A stretch of 51,906 nt of DNA, taken from Pseudarcicella sp. GTDB lineage: Bacteria > Bacteroidota > Bacteroidia > Cytophagales > Spirosomataceae. The stretch lies in assembly GCA_017988135.1 (NCBI GenBank), contig JAGNSI010000001.1, positions 1 to 51,906 of the forward strand. The letters are read 5' to 3'. The notes under the pieces were generated by a model. The model worked only from the letters and a program-made list of their open reading frames with translations. It made no database searches and had not been told where the DNA came from. The position numbers and the translations under genes were made by a program. Positions 28,261-36,057 of this stretch are shown piece after piece. Within the stretch, counting starts at the first letter, position 1. Each line of letters starts with the position of its first letter.

Positions 28261-29225
28261 AAGACTATATTTTAAAAAATTGGATTCCGTACAAGCTTGA
28301 TTATCAAGAAACTAATGATATTTTGTGCCAATGGTTATATTTGGGAGAGAATAGATTTACAGAACCTTTCTTTGAAGAAACTACGGGATTATGTAGACGT
28401 TTAGAAATCAATAGAAACATACAAAAATCATGTACTACTTTTGATGGAATAAACGATTTTTCCGAAAACATTCCACACCTAGAACCAACAGCTTTTATAT
28501 TTCACATTTCGAGATGTGGCTCTACTTTGCTGGCACAATTGCTTTCTTTGGATGAACAAAACATAGTAGTTTCGGAAGCTCCTATTTTAGACGAAATAAT
28601 AAGAAATGTAGCTTATAAAAGCAGTCTAAAAACAGAAACAGAAATCAACAATGCTATAAAATCTTGTATAAAATTATTAGGAAAAAAACGTTCTGGAAAT
28701 GAAGAAAATTTTTTCATTAAACTAGATAGCTGGCATATTTTCTATTACCAAAAACTAAGGCAATTATATCCAAATACGCCATTTATATTTTCGTACAGAA
28801 ACCCAAGCGAAGTAATACGATCGCAAGAAAAAAATAGCGGCATGCACGCTTCACCTGGCATTATTCAAATAGATTTGTTTGGCCTCGACTTCACAGAAAG
28901 CCTAAAACTTTCTAAACCTGAATACATCAGCAAAGTATTAGAAAGCTACTTTAATGAATATTTAAAAATAATAGACTCTGACAAAAACTGTATTTTTGTA
29001 AATTATAACAATGGTTTGTTAGAAAATTTAAACCAAATAAAAGAGTTTTTAAAACTTCATTTCAGTGAAGAATTCAAAGAAAAAATCACAGAGCGAAGCA
29101 AATTTCATAGCAAAATGCCCAACCAGATTTTTAAAGAACCAGCTATAAGTACCACCATTCCTGAATACCAAAATACAGTGAAGGATTTGTATGAAAAATT
29201 GAATGGTTTAGTAGAAAAATTGTAA
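28257..29225 (+). CDS. PAPS-dependent sulfotransferase-family protein
   Basis: 322 aa. 5'-PSB-like loop FHISRCGSTLLAQLL and 3'-PB-like YRNPSEVIRS. The start overlaps the upstream stop (ATGA, 28257-28260). Confidence 0.65.
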   Translation: MKDYILKNWIPYKLDYQETNDILCQWLYLGENRFTEPFFEETTGLCRRLEINRNIQKSCTTFDGINDFSENIPHLEPTAFIFHISRCGSTLLAQLLSLDEQNIVVSEAPILDEIIRNVAYKSSLKTETEINNAIKSCIKLLGKKRSGNEENFFIKLDSWHIFYYQKLRQLYPNTPFIFSYRNPSEVIRSQEKNSGMHASPGIIQIDLFGLDFTESLKLSKPEYISKVLESYFNEYLKIIDSDKNCIFVNYNNGLLENLNQIKEFLKLHFSEEFKEKITERSKFHSKMPNQIFKEPAISTTIPEYQNTVKDLYEKLNGLVEKL

Positions 29226-29276
29226 ATTTCGTATTCAATAAAAAAATATTTTCAGTTCAATCAATCTCGCATAAAA

Positions 29277-30083
29277 ATGTTAAAAAATAGAATTTTCATG
29301 GGTTTCAAAACAAGTTTAAATATATTTTTATTTTCTATAAGTATCACCTTAATATCCTGTAAATCAACAACACAAATCACCGAAAGTCAAAAAACTTTTT
29401 TTCAATATAATATTTGGGGTGCTTTTGTAAATAAAGTTTTCGAAGGGAATATGACCATCGGAGAATTGCATCAAAAAGGGAATATTGGCTTAGGTTCTTT
29501 TGACAAACTAGATGGCGAACTGGTAATGATAGATGGCGTAGCCTACCGTGTAAGAGAAGATGGCAGCATAACTGTTGGTCAAAAAAACGATACAATTATT
29601 TATGCAGATGCCACTTTTTTTAAACCAACAGATTCTTTCACATTAGAAAACATCGAAAACTATGACATTTTAAGGAAAGAACTGAATAAAAAAATACCTA
29701 CTCCAAACGTTTTTTATGCTTTTAAAATATATGGAGAGTTTGAAAACATTACGCTGGGCGGGTTACACAAGCAAGAGCCACCCTTTACCAAAGGACTAGA
29801 TGTACTGATACCAGCAAGACCTGTCTTCAAAGGCACTAACATTAAAGGCACTTTAATAGGATTTTATTGCCCTGCTTACATTGGTAATATCAACACAACT
29901 GGTTATCATTTTCATTTTTTGGCAGACAACAAATCTATTGGAGGACACTTAATGGACTTGAAATTTAGTGCATCTGCAAAAATAGAATTACAAGCCTTGC
30001 AAAACTATGAATTCAGACTGCCAGAAAGTAAGGATTTCGAAAAAGTTCAATTCGACAAACAATTTCAATACAATAAAAAATAG
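29277..30083 (+). CDS. Alpha-acetolactate decarboxylase homologue with lipoprotein signal
   Basis: 268 aa. AlsD core (GLGSFDKLDGELVMIDGVAYRV; His cluster GYHFHFLADNKSIGGH). It is preceded by a signal peptide with lipobox-like LISC. Confidence 0.8.
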   Translation: MLKNRIFMGFKTSLNIFLFSISITLISCKSTTQITESQKTFFQYNIWGAFVNKVFEGNMTIGELHQKGNIGLGSFDKLDGELVMIDGVAYRVREDGSITVGQKNDTIIYADATFFKPTDSFTLENIENYDILRKELNKKIPTPNVFYAFKIYGEFENITLGGLHKQEPPFTKGLDVLIPARPVFKGTNIKGTLIGFYCPAYIGNINTTGYHFHFLADNKSIGGHLMDLKFSASAKIELQALQNYEFRLPESKDFEKVQFDKQFQYNKK

Positions 30084-30096
30084 TAGTCAATACTGT

Positions 30097-31233
30097 TTAT
30101 TTTACAGACAAAAGTTTTAAATTTTCAAAAACTTCTAAATGTTGATTAGCTGTGGCTTCCCAACTAAATTTCTTTGCTTGACTATAACCTTTAGCGATAT
30201 AATTGGCTCTAATATCGTCGTTATCGATTAGCATTTTAATTTTCAGTAGTAAATCATCACTAGAATTCACATCAAAATATACACCTGCGTCTTCTGCTAC
30301 TTCAGGGAAAGAGCTATGATTTGCTAATACAACAGGACAACCGCAAAGCATAGATTCTAAAATAGGAATTCCAAAACCTTCGTATAATGACGGAAATACA
30401 AAGCATTTTGCCCTATTATACAAAAAACCTAATTGGTCTTCTTCAAAACTGACTTGTAAAACTTTGCCTTTCAAACCTAAATTTTCAATAAATTCCAATT
30501 CGTGTTGTTTGAAAACTCCACCACCAGCAGCAATTAAATACAAAGATTTATCTTCTTGCAGAAGTTTAGCAACAGATTCTACAAAAAAATTGAAGTTTTT
30601 ATAATTCTCTCTATTGCCGACAAATAAAATATATTTTTCGGGTAATTCCATTTGCAAACTTTTCTCTATTTTGATAGAACTCGCTAGATAAATTACCTTG
30701 ATTTTTGAGCTTGGTATATGAGGATAAAAAGTCAAAATATCGTTTTTGGTACTTTCTGAAATTGCAATAATTTTAGACGCTTTCTCTATGAGTAATTTTT
30801 TATTTGCCACTACATTCAAAGAATCATTCTCAAAATATTCAGAAAACTTCTCATGAATCATATCATATACCGTTAAAACAAATGGCATACCGTTTATTTT
30901 CTCCAAAAAAGCTGTATCGTAATACGTTGGCATGAAAACATCAAATGATTTATCCTCAAAATTTAGATATAATTGTTTTTTAGTAATATTTCTCAATCTT
31001 GTTTTTGTGCTAATTCCTAGTTTAGAGAGCATTTCAAAAAAAATCAGACTGATTGTTTTTTTTTGAATCATAAATTTAGAGTTTTTTATAACAACATTTT
31101 CTGTCTTATAAATAGGCAAAACTATGTCTACATCTTTTTTATCTGACAAAATTGAAAAAACTTCAAAAAAATATCTAGATATACCTCCATATTTCTGAAT
31201 ATCGAATATTTGAGAATCAAGCAAAATTTTCAT
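30097..31233 (-). CDS. Glycosyltransferase family 4 (GT-B)
   Basis: 378 aa. C-terminal EGFGIPILESMLCGCPVV motif. Confidence 0.85.
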   Translation of the reverse strand: MKILLDSQIFDIQKYGGISRYFFEVFSILSDKKDVDIVLPIYKTENVVIKNSKFMIQKKTISLIFFEMLSKLGISTKTRLRNITKKQLYLNFEDKSFDVFMPTYYDTAFLEKINGMPFVLTVYDMIHEKFSEYFENDSLNVVANKKLLIEKASKIIAISESTKNDILTFYPHIPSSKIKVIYLASSIKIEKSLQMELPEKYILFVGNRENYKNFNFFVESVAKLLQEDKSLYLIAAGGGVFKQHELEFIENLGLKGKVLQVSFEEDQLGFLYNRAKCFVFPSLYEGFGIPILESMLCGCPVVLANHSSFPEVAEDAGVYFDVNSSDDLLLKIKMLIDNDDIRANYIAKGYSQAKKFSWEATANQHLEVFENLKLLSVK

Positions 31234-31240
31234 TTATTTT

Positions 31241-32083
31241 TTATTTGTATAGGTTATTTTTAATAAAGTTATAATCTTTCTCTAGCAGTGAGTTTCTTTT
31301 TATTTTACTATTTACACCATAAAACTTACCTTTAAAATAGCTCAAAGAGTATTTTCTAACCTTTTTAAATGCGAATTTTAATTGCAATGTAGTAAGAGAC
31401 TTAGATGTAAAAATGTGCAGAGAATTGTTTTTGTTGTAATACTTTAAATTGAATTTTTCAGCAATAAATCGCATCGTTTTTTCTGAATAAAATGCAATAT
31501 GTTGTCCTGTTTCATTAGTAATGTACCACCAATTTTCAATGTCTGTATTGTTACTAGGCAAAAGTTCCGTTGAAAAAATTATAGTATCAGAATACTTTAA
31601 AACTTTTTCTATTTCCTCTATTGGATTTCTAAAATGCTCAAATACTTCAAATGCTGTAACTACGTCAAATTTTTTATAATCCGTATCCAAAACATCGAAA
31701 TGCTTTGCGAAAAGATTCTCACAATAATCATCTTGTCTGTAAAAATCAAAACCTTGATCTCTCATGTATCTAACAAACAAGCCATAGCCACCGGCGTAAT
31801 CTAAAAATAATTTTGCTTCAGAAAAGCAACTATTTATAATTTTCCGAGTATCTTCTTTTAAGTCAAGGTTACGCTGAGGTAATCCAATATCTAAAGATGT
31901 TATTGCAGACAAATACGATTCTTCAAACCAAAATGGTTCGTCTGTTTGAACAAACGAGCATTTTGTACATTTATAATAATTAGATTTATATTTGTTTAGA
32001 ATAATTTTATCGAAAATAATTTCAGATTTACTATTACAGACTTTACAGAGTGTCATTCTTTTAAAATTTGGTAAGAAATTCAA
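31241..32083 (-). CDS. Class I SAM-dependent methyltransferase with N-terminal Cys4 zinc-ribbon
   Basis: 280 aa. CKVCNS...CTKCSF, then LDYAGGYGLF (SAM motif I) and DVVTAFEVFEH. Confidence 0.7.
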   Translation of the reverse strand: MNFLPNFKRMTLCKVCNSKSEIIFDKIILNKYKSNYYKCTKCSFVQTDEPFWFEESYLSAITSLDIGLPQRNLDLKEDTRKIINSCFSEAKLFLDYAGGYGLFVRYMRDQGFDFYRQDDYCENLFAKHFDVLDTDYKKFDVVTAFEVFEHFRNPIEEIEKVLKYSDTIIFSTELLPSNNTDIENWWYITNETGQHIAFYSEKTMRFIAEKFNLKYYNKNNSLHIFTSKSLTTLQLKFAFKKVRKYSLSYFKGKFYGVNSKIKRNSLLEKDYNFIKNNLYK

Positions 32084-32135
32084 GGAACATCAAAAATACT
32101 AAAATAAAACCAAATACTGCTACAAAAAATAGCAA

Positions 32136-33053
32136 TCAACCCAGCGTATCTCCTATTTTAAAACCCAAAGTAGCCATATTTTCGCCGACCATATAGCCTT
32201 GTTCGGTATAAATGGCTTGAATTATTAAGGTTTCATCGCCGAGACAGGCTACATGTATTTCCGAAGAATTTATAAGAATTATATTACCTGGCAAAGCTTT
32301 AATTTCTGCTGCAATTACTGTTTTAGCTTCTAAAATTTTCAAAAATGCACCTTTGAATTTTACAGCAGCTCCTTTATTCCATGGATTGCAAGCTTTCACC
32401 AATGCTACGATTTCTGCCGCACTCATATTTTTGAAATCAACTATCATGTCTTGCATTTGAGGGCGTTTAGTGTATTGCTCACTTACTTTCGTCTGTGCTT
32501 TCAGTGTAAGTGTTCCGCCTAAAAGAGCATTTATCAACTGAAAAACACCATTGATTGTAGCATATCCAAACATCACTTCTATGGCTCCGTAAATCTGATT
32601 TTTATGTAAATCAAATGGTATTTCTATTGCTATATCGCCAGCATCAAACTTTTCGTTCATTTTATGAATAGTGAGTTGGCACTGTGGCTCTCTATTTTTT
32701 ATTTGCCAAAAAACTGGTACAGCACCTGCATATTTAGGCAAGCTTCCAAAATGAATATTAAAAAAACCATACTTCGGTAACGTCAAAACACTAGCTGGTA
32801 TTTTGAAAGGACAACCCAGCACCAGCACTAAGTCTGCTTGCGATGATTGCACAAAACCTATTAAATCATTATTTAGATTTTCACGCCTCAATACAGTTAT
32901 GTTTTGATTGATTTGTTGTGCTATCTGGCGTAAATCTTGCGAAAAATCGGTTTGCTGTTCATTTATACCTATTGCAGCCAACAATTGTTGTCCTCTAAGC
33001 CAACTTATCAGGGGAAAAGCGGCTGTGGTATTACAAATAAGTGCTATTTTCAA
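32136..33053 (-). CDS. Formyltransferase-family protein (Fmt/ArnA-N paralogue, probably not the housekeeping fmt)
   Basis: 305 aa. FFNIHFGSLPKYAGAVP (N-x-H and SLPxY motif, with Ala where Fmt has Arg) and DAGDI, plus a C-terminal Fmt-like domain. The N-terminus is atypical. Confidence 0.7.
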   Translation of the reverse strand: MKIALICNTTAAFPLISWLRGQQLLAAIGINEQQTDFSQDLRQIAQQINQNITVLRRENLNNDLIGFVQSSQADLVLVLGCPFKIPASVLTLPKYGFFNIHFGSLPKYAGAVPVFWQIKNREPQCQLTIHKMNEKFDAGDIAIEIPFDLHKNQIYGAIEVMFGYATINGVFQLINALLGGTLTLKAQTKVSEQYTKRPQMQDMIVDFKNMSAAEIVALVKACNPWNKGAAVKFKGAFLKILEAKTVIAAEIKALPGNIILINSSEIHVACLGDETLIIQAIYTEQGYMVGENMATLGFKIGDTLG

Positions 33054-33082
33054 TGTGTTTATTTTGTTTGTGTTCGAAAATG

Positions 33083-33090
33083 TATATTTG
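33083..33090 (+). promoter_or_regulatory. Candidate -7 box (TATATTTG)
   Basis: TAnnTTTG match 40 nt upstream of the cysC ATG. TTTG runs lie 13-20 nt further upstream. Confidence 0.4.
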
Positions 33091-33129
33091 TGTAAAATTA
33101 ACTAACGTCACCATTTTTTTGGCATAAAA

Positions 33130-33663
33130 ATGATTTTAATACAACTTACAGGCTTGTCTGGTGCTGGCAAAACTACCATTGCTGGTTTTATTGAAAACAC
33201 TTTACAACAAAATGGCTTCAACGTAAGCATTATAGATGGTGATATTTTTAGAAAAAAATTTTGTACAGATTTGGGTTTTTCAGAAACAGATAGATTTGAA
33301 AATCTAAACAGAATAATCGCTTTCGCAAAAAACAATTCGGCAAACCACGATTTTATTATTTTATCAATCATCAATCCATTTGAAAGTGTAAGAAAAAAAA
33401 TAAAGACTGAGTTTCAAAATTGTATGACCATTTGGGTAAATTGCACTTTAGAAACTTTAAAAAAAAGAGACACCAAAGGTTTTTACCAAAGAGCTTTTCT
33501 TCCTCCTAACGATCCTAACTATTTAAAAAATTTCACAGGCATTAGCCAAAAATATGAATTGCCTTTACAATATGATTTAGCCATAAATACAGACGAACTG
33601 AGCATTTCAGAAACTCAACATTTAATCTCTCAATATTTTAGTAAACCGTATCAAAAACTATAA
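33130..33663 (+). CDS. cysC: Adenylylsulfate (APS) kinase
   Basis: 177 aa. LTGLSGAGKTTIA P-loop and DGDIFRKKFCTDLGFSETDRFENLNRIIAFAK. Confidence 0.88.
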   Translation: MILIQLTGLSGAGKTTIAGFIENTLQQNGFNVSIIDGDIFRKKFCTDLGFSETDRFENLNRIIAFAKNNSANHDFIILSIINPFESVRKKIKTEFQNCMTIWVNCTLETLKKRDTKGFYQRAFLPPNDPNYLKNFTGISQKYELPLQYDLAINTDELSISETQHLISQYFSKPYQKL

Positions 33664-35892
33664 CTCACGTGTAACCTGAACCACACCCGCAACCTTCTCT
33701 AACTGGCTCAACAACAACTCTAAATGCAAGGTATCTTGTACCAACAAAGATATTTTACCAACAAACATTCCATCGTTTACACCGATATTCATATTTACGA
33801 TATTCACATTGAGTTCACTGGAAATAATGGTTGTTAAATCCGAAATCAAACCCATTCTGTCTGTACCTTTTATATGCAAATCTGCCGTAAACGACATAAT
33901 CACTTGGCTCGTCCATTGGGCTTGCATTACCCTATCGCCATGCCTAGAAAGTAGCTCTGTAGCATTTGGACAAGCATTTCTATGTATTTTTATCCCTTCA
34001 TTGATGGTCACAAAAGCAAAAACATCGTCTCCAGAAATTGGGTTACAGCATTTGGCAAAAGTATAATCTACTTTATCCATATCTTCGCCAATAAGCAACC
34101 CGTCTACACCTTTTTGATCGCCATGCAATTTTTTCAATTCTTTCAACAAAAGCTTGGTATTCGACAGTGGCTCTTGAATACTTTTGGCGGCTTGCTTGCG
34201 TTCATGCAGTTCCCTGGCAGACTTCCATTTTTTGAGTTCCTCCAGATGAATGTAGCCTTTACCAAATCGGTAAAACAAATCATTGGCATCTTTGGCATTA
34301 AAAAAAGCCCTCAATTGATTGGTAACTTCTAGTGTAAGTGGTGCTATTCCTAATATTTTAAGGCGATGCTCTATCATATCACGCCCAACTACAAGATGTT
34401 GCTTATTTTCTTCTTTGATAAAATCCCTGATTCTGCTTTTGGCTTTAGAGGTCACTACCATTTTCAACCAACCCTCTTTGGGGGTTTGTTTGGGCCCAGT
34501 AATTACTTCTACTTGATCTCCATTGCTCAACTTATGGCTAAGAGGTACCAGCCTACCGTTTACCTTTACGCCCATACACTTTGCACCAACTTCTGTATGT
34601 ATTTCGAAAGCAAAATCCAAACCTGTAGCACCTTTAGGCAAAGGAATCAACAGTCCTTTAGGCGTAAAAACAAACACTTCTTCTTCATTTGCCAATCCGC
34701 TACGAATTTCGTCTACTACATCTACGGCAGACTTGTCTGGAGCTGCCAATGCTTCGCTGATTTGAGTAAGCCATGTATCGAAACCTTTTCTGGTACGGGT
34801 TTCATTGCCTTTGTATTTCCAGTGTGCTGCAAAGCCTTTTTCGGCAATTTCGTCCATTCTTTTGGTACGAATCTGCACTTCCACCCAGCGACCTTTTTTA
34901 CCTGCCGAACTCATCACTGTAATATGCAACGACTCATAACCATTTGATTTTGGTCGTGTTACCCAGTCTTTTAATCTTGCTTGATTGGGCTCATAATGGT
35001 CGGTAACCATAGAATACACCTGCCAACATGCCGACTTTTCTAACTCTTGTGGCACATCTAAAATGATACGTACAGCAAATAAATCGTAAATTTCTTCAAA
35101 AGGAATATTTGAGTCTATCAGTTTTTTGTGGATGGAATAAATAGACTTCGGCCTGCCTTTTATGACATAATTAAAACCCGTTTTGTTCAAATCTTTTTCT
35201 AACGGTTTTATAAAATTGTTTATAAAACTGTCACGATTGGTTTTGGTGTCAGAAAGCTGTTTGGCAATTTTTTTATAAATAGCTGGTTCGGTATATTTCA
35301 GACATAAATCTTCCAATTCAGTTTTTATGCCATGCAAACCCAGTCGATGTGCTATAGGTGCGTACAAATAAAAAGTCTCTGAGGCAATTTTCAATTGCTT
35401 TTCTTGAGCCATGCTTGAGAGTGTACGCATGTTATGCAAACGATCTGCCAATTTTATCAAAATCACCCTTACATCTTTGGTAAGTGTAAGCAACATTTTT
35501 CTAAAATTTTCGGCTTGGGCTGACGTTCCAAGCTCAAAAACACCATCTATTTTGGTTAAACCATCTATAATAAGAGCTACTTTATCTCCAAATATATCTT
35601 CTAACTCCGACAATGGTATAGCGGTGTCCTCTACTACGTCGTGCAACAATGCAGCAATAATAGATGTAGTACCCAATCCTATTTCTTCCACACAAATCTG
35701 AGCAACCGCCAGTGGATGATAAATATAAGGCTCTCCCGACTTTCGACGCATTTCTTTGTGTGCGTCTGCTGCTATCAAAAATGCTTTTTTTATCAACTTA
35801 GCATCATTTTCTTGCAACATAGGTTTGGCCGCTCTGAGTAGTTTGCGGTATTTTTTTAATATTTCTAAACGTTCTTTTTCTAGGTCAATCAC
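33658..35892 (-). CDS. relA/spoT: Bifunctional (p)ppGpp synthetase/hydrolase
   Basis: 744 aa. HD domain (HPLAVAQI...LLHDVVEDT), synthetase (YESLHITV), TGS and ACT regions. Confidence 0.93.
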   Translation of the reverse strand: MIDLEKERLEILKKYRKLLRAAKPMLQENDAKLIKKAFLIAADAHKEMRRKSGEPYIYHPLAVAQICVEEIGLGTTSIIAALLHDVVEDTAIPLSELEDIFGDKVALIIDGLTKIDGVFELGTSAQAENFRKMLLTLTKDVRVILIKLADRLHNMRTLSSMAQEKQLKIASETFYLYAPIAHRLGLHGIKTELEDLCLKYTEPAIYKKIAKQLSDTKTNRDSFINNFIKPLEKDLNKTGFNYVIKGRPKSIYSIHKKLIDSNIPFEEIYDLFAVRIILDVPQELEKSACWQVYSMVTDHYEPNQARLKDWVTRPKSNGYESLHITVMSSAGKKGRWVEVQIRTKRMDEIAEKGFAAHWKYKGNETRTRKGFDTWLTQISEALAAPDKSAVDVVDEIRSGLANEEEVFVFTPKGLLIPLPKGATGLDFAFEIHTEVGAKCMGVKVNGRLVPLSHKLSNGDQVEVITGPKQTPKEGWLKMVVTSKAKSRIRDFIKEENKQHLVVGRDMIEHRLKILGIAPLTLEVTNQLRAFFNAKDANDLFYRFGKGYIHLEELKKWKSARELHERKQAAKSIQEPLSNTKLLLKELKKLHGDQKGVDGLLIGEDMDKVDYTFAKCCNPISGDDVFAFVTINEGIKIHRNACPNATELLSRHGDRVMQAQWTSQVIMSFTADLHIKGTDRMGLISDLTTIISSELNVNIVNMNIGVNDGMFVGKISLLVQDTLHLELLLSQLEKVAGVVQVTREL

Positions 35893-36057
35893 AATATTTT
35901 TTTATTTAAGTGTATTAAATATTAATATAATATTTTTTCAAAAAGAAAACAATTTTTAAAATAAAAATATGGTTTCTAATGGAATATTTGCAATTTTGTG
36001 CTTCTCAAAAAACAAACCAAAATCTTCAATTTTGAAGCCTAAATTATAGTAAAGCAG

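Noticed and set aside
33108-33374. 88-aa minus-strand ORF overlapping the start of cysC
   Set aside because: It is antisense to a clear APS kinase P-loop region and has no motif of its own. The candidate -7 box at 33083-33090 serves the plus-strand gene.
33809-35959. Multiple plus-strand ORFs of 65-193 aa inside the relA/spoT region
   Set aside because: These are shadow ORFs opposite a strongly recognisable 744-aa RelA/SpoT gene. Their composition is low-complexity and Cys/Phe-rich, which is typical of antisense frames in AT-rich DNA. The same reasoning applies to 584-778, 983-1270, 4697-5038, 5459-5767, 6552-7085, 12025-14163, 39526-40053, 44206-44680 and similar ORFs.
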